Notes: a model not told the origin generated them from the letters alone. DNA of 29,525 nucleotides from Candidatus Zixiibacteriota bacterium (GCA_050117845.1 JASFLY010000034.1:1-29525), one strand, 5' to 3'; positions 16,600-25,820 are shown, numbered from the stretch's first letter. A program made the numbers and translations.

Positions 16600-17997
16600 T
16601 CACCAGGGCACGTTGAGGCATACCCGCATTATCAATACCTGCAGGAATATCACTATCAACGCGGCTGGGAGTAACAGGCGACGGCCGGCCGCGGTCGCCT
16701 CCCAGATCTTGATGCCGGCGGGTATCGTTATTACGGGCAGTAGGTACAGCCATATCCGCTCGACTTCGCCCAGCGTGACGCCGCTGAAGTTGAATATTAG
16801 GAGGGCCAGTAAGGCCGTCCCGAAAGCGAAAGCCCCGGCCTCCGACCAACCGGTGCGTTTGAACAGGCGTCGGGTCCACCACAGGTAAAGCACGGCCGTA
16901 GGTATACCCGCCGTTACGAGCAGTACGTAGAGATTGCCGGGCGCCCATATTAGGTAGGGTCGCCGGTAACTGGGGGCAGGGTATCCTTCCGGCAAGTCGC
17001 TTCCCAGTATGAGTTTAAAAACGTTCATTCCTCCGGACGCTTGCGTCTGGGCCCAATGGTACGATTCCTGGAAATTCGCGACGAAATCGTAGCCGGTGGT
17101 AAGGTAGAGGAGTAACAGGAAGGCCGCCGGTATCGCCGCGATAACCGCCGCTTTAACGGCGAGCGCGGGTAGTTTCTTTTCCCGAATACCGTAGAAAAGC
17201 AGTAACAGGCCGCCCAAGACGAAGACGTACGCGAACGTGAACGACGTGAATACGCCGAGCGCCAGTGCTACGCCGGCACCTATGGTTTCGGGCCACCCGC
17301 CTCGTCTGGCTACGAGGAACAATAAGCAGATAACCGTCGCGCCCATTGTCCCGAACATGCCGTCGTACGAGACGCCGTGGAGGACGAAGCTGGCCGAAAG
17401 GAGGTAGAGCAGTACTGCGGCCGCGCTGGCCTCGCGGCTCGCGAACTGGCGGGCGAGAGCGTATATGGGCCAAGCCGCCGCGGCGCCGAGTAACGCGATT
17501 ACGACCTCGATGCCGTAAACGTTTTCGCCTATCAGTTTAACGACCAGCCATAGGAATACGAACAAGCCCGGCGGTCGGACGTGGCCGTGATCCGATATAT
17601 GTTTGATGGCCTCGTGGAATACGGGAAGGAAGGTAGGCAACTCGCCGAGGTTCCGCAAGTCCCGCAGGAAAATGGTAATGGCCCACGCCGGGATGCTCTC
17701 GAGACCTCCCCGTAACGCGTTTATCGCAAGGGCCAGTAAAGCGCCGAAGACGGTGGCGAACGTAACGAACACAACCGGCCGCCAGGCGATAATACGTTTT
17801 AAAAAAACTAGGAGGATGACGAAGAGGGGGACCGCGATTAGGCCCCACGGCGAGAAGGCCGGCCGAATTACCGCGTATATCGGCGCGATTTCGACCCGGA
17901 CCGTACCCGTCATGATAACCCGCGCTACGACCACGGCGCCCGCGAGGATATAACCGGCGGCTACGGCCGGCCAGAACCAGCGCCCCGGTTTATTCAT
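16600..17997 (-). CDS. Multi-pass GT-C superfamily glycosyltransferase (PMT/ArnT-like)
   Basis: More than 10 TM helices, H..V(H/R)PPG loop, SYDGMF, GEVERIWL; ATG 17997 overlaps the end of the DUF2304 gene. Confidence 0.7.
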   Translation of the reverse strand: MNKPGRWFWPAVAAGYILAGAVVVARVIMTGTVRVEIAPIYAVIRPAFSPWGLIAVPLFVILLVFLKRIIAWRPVVFVTFATVFGALLALAINALRGGLESIPAWAITIFLRDLRNLGELPTFLPVFHEAIKHISDHGHVRPPGLFVFLWLVVKLIGENVYGIEVVIALLGAAAAWPIYALARQFASREASAAAVLLYLLSASFVLHGVSYDGMFGTMGATVICLLFLVARRGGWPETIGAGVALALGVFTSFTFAYVFVLGGLLLLFYGIREKKLPALAVKAAVIAAIPAAFLLLLYLTTGYDFVANFQESYHWAQTQASGGMNVFKLILGSDLPEGYPAPSYRRPYLIWAPGNLYVLLVTAGIPTAVLYLWWTRRLFKRTGWSEAGAFAFGTALLALLIFNFSGVTLGEVERIWLYLLPVITIPAGIKIWEATAAGRRLLLPAALIVIFLQVLIMRVCLNVPW

Positions 17998-18397
17998 CGT
18001 CGTCGGCTCGGTCGGAGGTAGCTTCGGCACCGAGTACCCGTTCCCTCAGTTCCCTGAGATCGGCCTCGACCAAAGCGAGGCTCTGCGCCGTCTTTATGCG
18101 GTCCGATTCCAACCGTGATATTTGTACCGTAAGCAGTAGGTTCACGGTAAGGAGGAATACTATGGCCAGATAGAATACCGCGGACGGCGTGTACACTACT
18201 CCCAAATACGGGGCCACCAGCTCGACGAGCCGCCAGGATAGCGTCACGGCCAGTACGAACAATGCCGCGATTACCCAGATTACGGCATACTCCTCTTTAA
18301 GCTTCCTCGCCCTGATGAGAACGATAACAATGACGAGGAAAAAGGCGGCCAAGCCCAACACTAAAGGCGACGACGTTTTAAAATAGTCCAAGTTCAT
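17990..18397 (-). CDS. DUF2304 family membrane protein (GacJ/Rv3632-like)
   Basis: RARKLKEEYAVIW, LGVVYTPS, ISRLE..IKTAQ.LAL; ATGA-coupled to the GT2 gene. Confidence 0.88.
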   Translation of the reverse strand: MNLDYFKTSSPLVLGLAAFFLVIVIVLIRARKLKEEYAVIWVIAALFVLAVTLSWRLVELVAPYLGVVYTPSAVFYLAIVFLLTVNLLLTVQISRLESDRIKTAQSLALVEADLRELRERVLGAEATSDRADDDE

Positions 18398-19134
18398 ACC
18401 TCCTCATCGAAGGCGCGCTTCTTCCTTAGGGATTCGACGACGACCGCGATAGTAACGCTGAACGGGTAAATAAGCGACCGCCATAGGTTGGTGGTCGAGG
18501 CGCCGCCCAGGCGGTCGTGCATCGTTACCGGGACTTCCACGACCCGCAGGCCGGCGCGATGTACGGCGAGTATGGCTTGAGCGTCCGGGAAGTCGTTGGG
18601 GAAGTGCTCCGAGAGAAAGGCGAGGGCGCGTCGATTGACGGCCCATTGCCCGGAGGTTACGTCCCGAAACCGTTTGCCCGCCAGAAGGCTCGTTAACGTC
18701 GAGAAGAAGGCGACACCTATGCGCCGGGCGCCCGTAGGCCGGTATCCTTCGCGCTCGGGTCCCACAAAACGCGAACCGATCGCGATGTCGGCGGTGCCTT
18801 CGGCCAGCGGTCGGAGGACGTCTTTTATCGCGTTCGGGTCGTGTTGGCCGTCCGCGTCGTGTTGTACCGCGGCGGCGTAGCCGTGGCGGAGGGCGTAGCG
18901 GAAACCCGTTTGGACCGCTCCGCCGATGCCGAGGTTGACGGGCGTCCGAACGTAGGGGAGGCCCAACCGGGCCGCGACGCGGTGAGTGCCGTCCGTAGAC
19001 GCGTCGTCGATTAGCAGGGCGTCGGCGGCCGGGAGAACTCGTCGCAGCTCCTCGACGGTCGGCGGCAGGTTGGAAGCTTCGTTCCGAGCCGGGATAATAA
19101 CTAAAGTCCGGGTAAATAACTCCTCGACTAACAC
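18394..19134 (-). CDS. GT2 polyprenyl-phosphate hexose/hexosamine transferase (DPM1/GacI/PpgS-like)
   Basis: IIPARNE, IDDASTDGT, NLGIGGAVQTG, HDADGQH, IGSRF, DVTSG; true start is GTG 19134 after a purine-rich SD, overlapping the upstream stop. Confidence 0.92.
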   Translation of the reverse strand: MLVEELFTRTLVIIPARNEASNLPPTVEELRRVLPAADALLIDDASTDGTHRVAARLGLPYVRTPVNLGIGGAVQTGFRYALRHGYAAAVQHDADGQHDPNAIKDVLRPLAEGTADIAIGSRFVGPEREGYRPTGARRIGVAFFSTLTSLLAGKRFRDVTSGQWAVNRRALAFLSEHFPNDFPDAQAILAVHRAGLRVVEVPVTMHDRLGGASTTNLWRSLIYPFSVTIAVVVESLRKKRAFDEEV

Positions 19135-20432
19135 GAGGTCCCCTCTCCTCGGCGGCGTTCTCGCCGGGCGCGTATCTTGCTTACAATAAACGCGACGCCC
19201 GGACCGGCGGCGAGCGTTAGGATTAAATCTACCGGTAAACGGTACCGCAATAAGGATATCGTCGTCGCGTGGATAGCTATTACGACGGCTCCCGCTAAAG
19301 GGAGGAATAGCCGAACCTGACGGCCGGGAGTGGCAACGAAACCGATCAACGCGGCCGCGTACAGGCATAGCGTGAAAACGGTTATGCCGGGGCGCGAGGC
19401 GGCGAAAAGCGGGTTCTTCTTTTCGGTTTCGCCGGTTAAATTCGGGGAAAGCGAAAACATATTAACGGCGCGTTTCCCACATAAGCGGGCGTAGCCGGCC
19501 TTGTCCCCGGTAATTAGCCCCCGCGCTTTTTCCATGGCGTACGCCTGGAACGCCAATTCCAACGCGACGGGGTCTCGGCTCAAAGGGGCGGCCAATGCCC
19601 GGAACTCCTCGGTATACCCAAGGTCCTTGACGGCGATTCGATCCGCGTAGGGGGAGAGTTTTACGTTCCCCTCGTACAATATTTTCCCGGCGGAGTGGGT
19701 TATTAATATCGGCCTTCCCGCGAGCGCGGTATTACGGATAGCCCACGGCGCTAACACGATTGCGAAAACGGCCCCCGCGGCGGCCAGGTTTACGAACCGC
19801 CGACCAGGCCGTTCGCCGCGTTTTCGGATAAGCAGGAATAAGGCGGCCACGACGCCCACGTACGTAAATACGGGGCGCGTTAAAGCCGCGAGGCCCAGGG
19901 CCGCGAAAGCGCCGGCGAGGCGGCCGGGGCCGGCGTCCTCGTCGAGGTAAAAGAAAAGGAAAAGGCCGAAGAACGTCAGCGCAAGCGTTTCGGTTAGTAC
20001 TCGGCTGGAGTAGAAAATGATATACGGGTGGAACGCGAACGCGAGGGCCGTGAGTGCGCCGGCGACGTTCCCGGCGAGTCGGCGGGCCGTGGCGAACAGC
20101 AACCCGGCGGTCGCGACGCTTAACGCCGCTTGCGTTATTCCGACCCAACGGTGGATGGACGCCTCGCCGAAGGTTTTAAGAAAAGGGATAAGGAAGGCCG
20201 GGAACGCCGGCGGCAGAAAGAAGCGGAAGTCGAACCCCAGAATAGGCGCGACGAAACCCCGTCCCGCGAGTACGTTCTCGGCGCAACGGACGTACGTGAT
20301 TTCGTCGCAGGCGATGGGGCCCCGTTTGAACGTGAAGAACAGGCGCGCGGCCAACGCGGCGATAATTACGGATGCGACGACGACAACTCGCCCGGTTGAG
20401 GCCCGTTGCTCCCCGCTTATCTTCCGTGACAT
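19128..20432 (-). CDS. ArnT/PMT_2-like GT-C glycosyltransferase
   Basis: DE..Y..A.N loop after TM1, PPAFPAFL, LTETL, LAALTRP, PWAIRN, RYRLP. Confidence 0.85.
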   Translation of the reverse strand: MSRKISGEQRASTGRVVVVASVIIAALAARLFFTFKRGPIACDEITYVRCAENVLAGRGFVAPILGFDFRFFLPPAFPAFLIPFLKTFGEASIHRWVGITQAALSVATAGLLFATARRLAGNVAGALTALAFAFHPYIIFYSSRVLTETLALTFFGLFLFFYLDEDAGPGRLAGAFAALGLAALTRPVFTYVGVVAALFLLIRKRGERPGRRFVNLAAAGAVFAIVLAPWAIRNTALAGRPILITHSAGKILYEGNVKLSPYADRIAVKDLGYTEEFRALAAPLSRDPVALELAFQAYAMEKARGLITGDKAGYARLCGKRAVNMFSLSPNLTGETEKKNPLFAASRPGITVFTLCLYAAALIGFVATPGRQVRLFLPLAGAVVIAIHATTISLLRYRLPVDLILTLAAGPGVAFIVSKIRARRERRRGEGTSC

Positions 20433-20507
20433 AATCTCCACTCGTTTATCTTGTATCATATCCCGGCCCGGCGTGCAAACTAAACAGCGGCCCCGGCCCG
20501 ATTTCGC

Positions 20508-20536
20508 TTGAAAAACGGCCGCCCCCTCCGTAAAAT
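20508..20536 (+). promoter_or_regulatory. Putative promoter for P5C dehydrogenase
   Basis: TTGAAA, 17-bp spacer, TAAAAT. Confidence 0.6.
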
Positions 20537-20594
20537 GGGGCCCCTTCGGTATTAAGCTTTTCTTTCCAATTTTTTAGAAATGGAGGCCGTTCTT

Positions 20595-22145
20595 ATGCTC
20601 CCGCCCTTTAAAAACGAGCCGATAGTTTTCTTCAAGGACGCTGCGGAAAAACTCGCGATGGAGGAGGCCATAAAGAAGGTCGAAACCGAACTCGGCCGGG
20701 AATACCCCCTCGTCGTGGGCGGCGAACATATCATGACGGGCGACAAGTTCAAGTCGATAAACCCGTCCAAGGTCGACGAGGTGGTCGGCGTCTTCTCCAA
20801 GGCCGACGCGGAGATGGCGCGGAAGGCCCTGGCCGTCGCCGGCCGGGCGTTCGAGAAATGGCGTCTGACGTCGCCCGAGGAGCGGGCCCGGTACCTCCTG
20901 CGCGTGGCCGCCATAATGCGGCGCCGCATTTACGAACTCTCCGCCTGGATGGTCGTGGAGGAGGGCAAGAACTGGATCGAGGCCTACGCCGACGCGGCCG
21001 AGGCCATCGACTTCTGCGAGTTCTACGCCCGCGAGATGATGCGCCTCGCCGAGCCCCAGCCGCTCACGCATCTTCCCACCGAAGAGAACAACCTCTACTA
21101 CATCCCGCTCGGCCCGGGCGTCGTCATACCGCCGTGGAATTTCCCGCTCGCCATCCTCGTCGGCATGACCACCGCGGCCTTCGTCGCCGGCAACACCGTC
21201 GTCCTCAAGCCCGCGTCGACCTCGCCGGCCATCGCCTACAAGTTCTTCGAGATTCTGGAGGAGGTCAACCTTCCGCCGGGCGTGGTCAACTTCCTGCCCG
21301 GGTCGGGCGCGGTCATCGGCGACCTCCTGGTCACGCACCCCAAGACCCGCTTCATCGCGTTCACGGGCTCGATGGAAGTGGGCCTCCGCATCAACCAGCT
21401 CGCGGCCCGGGCCAAGAAGAGCCAGATCTGGATCAAGCGCGTCATCGCCGAGATGGGCGGCAAGGATTTCATAATCGTGGACGGCACCGCCGACCTCGAC
21501 GCCGCCGCGGACGGCATAGTCTCCGCCGCGTTCGGATTCCAGGGCCAGAAGTGCTCGGCCTGCTCCCGCGCCATCGTGACCGACGACGTCTACGACACCG
21601 TCGTCGAGAAGGTCGTCGCCAAGACCAAGGAGAAGGTAACGGTCGGCGACCCGCGCGACTTCGCGCATTTCATGGGGCCCGTCATAGACGCCGCCGCCGA
21701 GACCAAGATCCTCGAGTATATCGAGATAGGGAAGGCCGAAGGGAAACTCCTGCACGGCGGGGACAAGCGTTCGGCCGACGGGTACTTCATCAACCCGACG
21801 ATAATCGCGGACGTGCCGCCGAAAGGCCGCCTCGCCCAGGAAGAGGTATTCGGGCCGGTGTTGGCGTTCATTCGGGCCCGCGACTTCAACGACGCCGTGA
21901 GAATCTCGAACAACACCGTTTACGGCCTCACCGGCGCCGTCTACTCGAACGACCGTTCGCGCCTCGAGTACGCCCGGCGGGAGTGCCACACGGGCAACCT
22001 GTACTTCAACCGCAAGTGCACCGGGGCCCTGGTGGGCGCGCATCCGTTCGGCGGCTTCAACATGTCCGGGACGGACTCCAAGGCGGGAGGCCGGGATTAC
22101 CTGCTCTTGTTCACCCAAGCCAAGCTGGTGAGCGAGGCGCTGTAA
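20595..22145 (+). CDS. pruA: L-glutamate gamma-semialdehyde (1-pyrroline-5-carboxylate) dehydrogenase, RocA/PruA type
   Basis: PFKNEP, EAIDFCEFYAR, IPPWNFP, FTGSMEVG, AEMGGKD, FGFQGQKCSACSR, EEVFGP, GNLYFNR, PFGGFNMSGTDSKAGG; SD GGAGG before ATG 20595. Confidence 0.95.
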   Translation: MLPPFKNEPIVFFKDAAEKLAMEEAIKKVETELGREYPLVVGGEHIMTGDKFKSINPSKVDEVVGVFSKADAEMARKALAVAGRAFEKWRLTSPEERARYLLRVAAIMRRRIYELSAWMVVEEGKNWIEAYADAAEAIDFCEFYAREMMRLAEPQPLTHLPTEENNLYYIPLGPGVVIPPWNFPLAILVGMTTAAFVAGNTVVLKPASTSPAIAYKFFEILEEVNLPPGVVNFLPGSGAVIGDLLVTHPKTRFIAFTGSMEVGLRINQLAARAKKSQIWIKRVIAEMGGKDFIIVDGTADLDAAADGIVSAAFGFQGQKCSACSRAIVTDDVYDTVVEKVVAKTKEKVTVGDPRDFAHFMGPVIDAAAETKILEYIEIGKAEGKLLHGGDKRSADGYFINPTIIADVPPKGRLAQEEVFGPVLAFIRARDFNDAVRISNNTVYGLTGAVYSNDRSRLEYARRECHTGNLYFNRKCTGALVGAHPFGGFNMSGTDSKAGGRDYLLLFTQAKLVSEAL

Positions 22146-22159
22146 GTCAACCCCGAGCG

Positions 22160-22186
22160 AAACGCCCCCTCCTCGGGGGCGTTTTG
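22160..22186 (+). terminator. Intrinsic terminator after P5C dehydrogenase
   Basis: aaacgccccc-tcctc-gggggcgttt followed by tg. Confidence 0.7.
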
Positions 22187-22197
22187 TGATTTACCGT

Positions 22198-23481
22198 ATG
22201 AAGCGTTACGCCATAATCGCGTTGGTCGCGTTGGCCGTCGTTTTCTTCGCCGTCAAGCAGGTGGAGAGTTGCGCCGAGCGCGGCGACATCAAGTTCTACT
22301 TTCCGGCGGGGAAGGCCGTGCTCGCCGGCGACGAGCTCTACGGCAGCAGCTGCATCGGCGGCGGCTACCTGTATCCGCCCTTCTTCGCGTTGTTGATGGT
22401 CCCGTTCGCGCTGTTGCCCCATTACGTCGGCGCGGCCGTATGGTTCGTTCTCGGCGCCGCGTCGCTGTTCTTCTTCTTCGCAGTGTCGCTTTACTTCGTG
22501 GAGGCGCCCTCGGCCCGGCTGGCCCCTTGGCTGCGGGAAAAGCTCCGGGCGCTGTCGCGCGGCAAGTTCAACCTGGTGCTCGTGCTGGCCGCCGTCCTGG
22601 CGGGCCGCTTCTGGCTGGACAACCTCCGCTACGGCCTGGTGGACGTGCACCTGTGGTCGCTGTCGCTTCTCGGCGTGTACTTCGCCGTGAGCGGCCGGCG
22701 CCTTGCGGGCGGCGCTTTATTGGGCCTCACGATGGCCACGAAACCCATAACGGCGACCGTTCTCTTTTTCCTTCTTCTGCGCCGCGAGTATCGTGCGCCG
22801 CTGGTTGCGCTCGGCCTGGTGGCCGTCCTCTACCTCGCGCCGGCAGCCGTGCTGGGCTGGGGCCGGAACGCGGAGCTTTTGGGCGTGTGGTACGAGCGCG
22901 TCGTGCGCTCCGCCTCTACGGAGTTCTATGTCTACGCCTACGAGTACAACCAATCGTTCCCGTCGCTCGCGTTCAGCTACGCCAAACTGTTCCGTGGAGG
23001 CGGCTCGGCCGCGCTCTCGATGGTCCCGTCGGCCTTCCCCTACGTCAAGTGGGCGGGTAATATACTAGCGGCGCTGGCGGTTATCGTCGCGTCGGTAAAA
23101 TACCTGCGCCGGCCCAGGGCCCCGGCGGACGCCTTCTGGAACGCGCCGGCGAGCTGTACCGTCCTCGCGCTCGTCATGCTCACGGGCGTCATCTTCGAGC
23201 CGCTGTCGTGGGTGGGGTATTACGTCGCGACGCTCTTCCCCTACGTCGTCGTCCTCTACGCCGCCCGGCACTGGGCCCGCAAGGGCGTCGCCGTCACGCT
23301 CTATATACTCCTGGGCCTCTCCTTCCTGATTCACTCCGTCGTGGGAGCGGACTTCTGGGGCGCCGAGGCCAAGGAGATGCTGCTGGACTACAAGTGCGTT
23401 ACGTGGAGCGCGCTGGTCGTTTACGCGGCGCTCCTGGTGGCGTTGTTCGGCGCGTTCCGGCCGCGGCGGGCCGAACGGTAA
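22198..23481 (+). CDS. GT87/DUF2029-family membrane glycosyltransferase (PimE-like GT-C)
   Basis: D...Y..AG, YLYPPFFALL, G.VD, K.I, NQS and SW..Y motifs; about 10 TM segments. Confidence 0.85.
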   Translation: MKRYAIIALVALAVVFFAVKQVESCAERGDIKFYFPAGKAVLAGDELYGSSCIGGGYLYPPFFALLMVPFALLPHYVGAAVWFVLGAASLFFFFAVSLYFVEAPSARLAPWLREKLRALSRGKFNLVLVLAAVLAGRFWLDNLRYGLVDVHLWSLSLLGVYFAVSGRRLAGGALLGLTMATKPITATVLFFLLLRREYRAPLVALGLVAVLYLAPAAVLGWGRNAELLGVWYERVVRSASTEFYVYAYEYNQSFPSLAFSYAKLFRGGGSAALSMVPSAFPYVKWAGNILAALAVIVASVKYLRRPRAPADAFWNAPASCTVLALVMLTGVIFEPLSWVGYYVATLFPYVVVLYAARHWARKGVAVTLYILLGLSFLIHSVVGADFWGAEAKEMLLDYKCVTWSALVVYAALLVALFGAFRPRRAER

Positions 23482-23502
23482 TAACGACACCATAATCCTC
23501 GC

Positions 23503-23538
23503 ATAAAAAAAGCCCCCCTTCCCGGGGGGCTTTTTTAT
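23503..23538. terminator. Bidirectional intrinsic terminator
   Basis: ataaaaaaagcccccc-ttccc-ggggggcttttttat between convergent genes. Confidence 0.92.
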
Positions 23539-23558
23539 TGTGTAGATAAACCGGGCCG

Positions 23559-23855
23559 CTACTTCGACCCCCGCGTCGCCACCTTGGCGAAGATAAACAC
23601 GATAAAGACGATGATGAGGAAGTTGATGCCGGCCGAGAGGAGGTGGCCGGCCTTTATTTGCGCCGTCCCGACGGTCAGCACCCACTCGGTCCAGGCCTTG
23701 TCCGGCAAAAAGACGTTGGCCACCGGCATGATGAAGTCGTCGACGATGGCGCTCGCGAAGTCGCGCACGGCGATGCCCATGATGATGCCGACGGCCACGC
23801 CGGAGACGCTGTACTCTTTCATGAAGTTGCGGAATTGGCGGAAGATGGTAGCCAT
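23559..23855 (-). CDS. mscL: MscL-family mechanosensitive channel, short form
   Basis: F..FM.EY.V.GVAVGIIMG, IVDDFIMP, G.LLSA.INFLIIVFIVF. Confidence 0.8.
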   Translation of the reverse strand: MATIFRQFRNFMKEYSVSGVAVGIIMGIAVRDFASAIVDDFIMPVANVFLPDKAWTEWVLTVGTAQIKAGHLLSAGINFLIIVFIVFIFAKVATRGSK

Positions 23856-23894
23856 TTCGGTCCTTTCGAATCGGGGGGAGCCCGACGAAACAGG

Positions 23895-25352
23895 TTAAAC
23901 GTTGCCCGGCGAGGGGCAACAGATTCGCGCTCGCCACAGGCCGACGTCGGATACGACGGTGACGAAGTGCGTACTGAGTACGACGCCCCACCCTCCCGTC
24001 GCGTTCTCGACGACCTCCCGTACCGTCGTCCCGGCGGGGGCGGCGACGAACGCGTCGAACGTATAGGCTTGCGGCGGCCGGCCGGATATTATCCGGACGG
24101 CGTCTCCCCCCAACCCCTGGGCGTAATATACCGCGGGGTAGTTTAATGGACAACAGGCCACCAGCGTATTGTCGCCGGGACCCTTCCCCGCGACGTATTC
24201 CACCACCGCCCGGGCGGCGGGCGCGCGTCCCGCGCGGATGGCGCCGTCGAGATAGCCCTCCCGCTCGGCCACGCCGACGACGGCCGCGGTGAGGAGGACG
24301 AGGGCCGCGGCGGCGCTCACGGTAGCGGGGCGACTACCGGCGACCTTACGATACGCCGCGGCGGCCGCGGCGCCGACCCCCAACGCCACGACGGGCAACA
24401 AGTACAAAAAAACCCTTTCGGGCGGCCGGAACCCCGCGGCGAGAAACGCCGCCCCGCCGAGCAGGCTGGCGCCGGCCAGGATGCCGAAGGCCGGCCTTTT
24501 GGCCGCCCCCGCGACGAGGCCGACCACGGCGGCGGCCGTCCATAGCCCGGCGCCCCCCAGCCCCCACGTCTTCACGTCCATCCACGACTCGACGTAAGGC
24601 CGCAACCCGTAGAGCGAGAGCGGCGGTACCGTCAACTCGTCAAGGTTCCCGGGGCGTATTCCGGTGTCGGATAACAGGATGAGCGGTAGATACAGGAGGA
24701 GGGTCAAAAGCGCCGTCGGCAGCCACAGAGCGAGAAAGGTCGTCGCCGGGGCGCGCCGGCGGAAGGTCCGGTACGCGTCGTAGGCGCAGACGGCGGATAC
24801 GGGCAGCAGGGCCGTGGGGATGGTGAAACACGCGAGCGCGCACGATACGGCCGCGGCGGCCGTGAAGAGGACGTGACGAGGGCGTTCGTACCGAAGGTCC
24901 ACGAAATACAAAGCCGTTAAAACCAGGAATAACGAAAGCGCGTGGCCGCGGGCCAAAACCGAGAAGTGAGCCAGGACGGGAGAGACGGCCGTCACGAACA
25001 GGGCGGCGACGCCGCCCGCCGGGCCGAACCAGCGCCGCGCGATTATCGCGGCCAACGCCATGGTCCCCAGGCCGGCGGCCAAACTCGGCAACCGCCACCA
25101 CGCCGCGCCGTCGCCGAAAACCGAAACCGCCAGCCGCATGAAAAGCGAATACAGGAAGTGGTTATTGACCGAACCGTAGTCCGTGAACGTGAACGCGAGG
25201 GGCGCGCGGACGTAGGTCAGGTAGGCGAAGGCTTCGTCGTAGCGTACGGCGTCGCACAGGTGCCGCAGCCGAAAAACGACGCCCACGGCGAACAATACCG
25301 CCGGTAATAATATTCCCCCGAACCACACCGCGCCGCGCTGATGCGCGCGCAT
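23895..25352 (-). CDS. GT-C (PMT_2-like) membrane glycosyltransferase
   Basis: RYDEAF..Y, NNHFLYSL, RLPSLAAG, ARG(H/Y); many TM segments; SD GGAGG. Confidence 0.8.
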   Translation of the reverse strand: MRAHQRGAVWFGGILLPAVLFAVGVVFRLRHLCDAVRYDEAFAYLTYVRAPLAFTFTDYGSVNNHFLYSLFMRLAVSVFGDGAAWWRLPSLAAGLGTMALAAIIARRWFGPAGGVAALFVTAVSPVLAHFSVLARGHALSLFLVLTALYFVDLRYERPRHVLFTAAAAVSCALACFTIPTALLPVSAVCAYDAYRTFRRRAPATTFLALWLPTALLTLLLYLPLILLSDTGIRPGNLDELTVPPLSLYGLRPYVESWMDVKTWGLGGAGLWTAAAVVGLVAGAAKRPAFGILAGASLLGGAAFLAAGFRPPERVFLYLLPVVALGVGAAAAAAYRKVAGSRPATVSAAAALVLLTAAVVGVAEREGYLDGAIRAGRAPAARAVVEYVAGKGPGDNTLVACCPLNYPAVYYAQGLGGDAVRIISGRPPQAYTFDAFVAAPAGTTVREVVENATGGWGVVLSTHFVTVVSDVGLWRARICCPSPGNV

Positions 25353-25382
25353 GTGTCCTCCTCTCCCGGGCCCTCCCTCGGT

Positions 25383-25598
25383 TTACTGCTCGGCCGCGTC
25401 GAACTTCTCGGGCGGGACCTCGAGCACTTCTATCAGCTTCTTGAACTTGCGGCCCTGGACCAGCGTCATCTGATTGAGGCGGGTGGCCTGGGTTTTAAGC
25501 TGTTTGACGGTGCACTCCTCCGGGCAGTTATCGTCGACGTTCTGGTTGCCGAAGTTCTCCATTTTCCAGTTGCAGAAGATGCATTGCGGCGCGGCCAT
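25383..25598 (-). CDS. 71-aa hypothetical protein with CxxC-x15-CxxxC motif
   Basis: Strong SD AAGGAGGA before ATG 25598, GC3-biased codons, own promoter upstream. Confidence 0.75.
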   Translation of the reverse strand: MAAPQCIFCNWKMENFGNQNVDDNCPEECTVKQLKTQATRLNQMTLVQGRKFKKLIEVLEVPPEKFDAAEQ

Positions 25599-25715
25599 GC
25601 TGTCCTCCTTGAGGGATGTTCGCGAATGGGGTTCGAACGAACTTCTCAAAGAACGTGACGTACCCGGCGGGGGCGGCCGGACGAGGCCACCGGGGCCGGC
25701 GGGCCATATGAATTT

Positions 25716-25744
25716 AATATAACCTATACGGCTATGGCAGTCAA
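25716..25744 (-). promoter_or_regulatory. Putative promoter of the Cys-protein/GT-C/mscL unit
   Basis: Minus strand TTGACT, 17-bp spacer, TATATT. Confidence 0.6.
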
Positions 25745-25782
25745 GGCGGGGCGGGGCGGCGGCGCCGCGGCCGCGAGCGCAT

Positions 25783-25811
25783 TTGATTTAGGGCCGCGTT
25801 TGTGATAACAT
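25783..25811 (+). promoter_or_regulatory. Putative selD promoter
   Basis: TTGATT, 17-bp spacer ending TGa, TAACAT. Confidence 0.5.
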
Positions 25812-25820
25812 GGTGTAATA

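Noticed and set aside
19135..19368. 78-aa N-terminal extension of the GT2 ORF
   Set aside because: Overlaps the upstream GT-C gene; an SD-preceded GTG at 19134 gives a normal-length GT2.
20574..22118. 514-aa antisense ORF spanning P5C dehydrogenase (also 5270-6214, 4059-4970)
   Set aside because: In-register antisense frames stay open in GC-biased genes; no motifs or expression signals.
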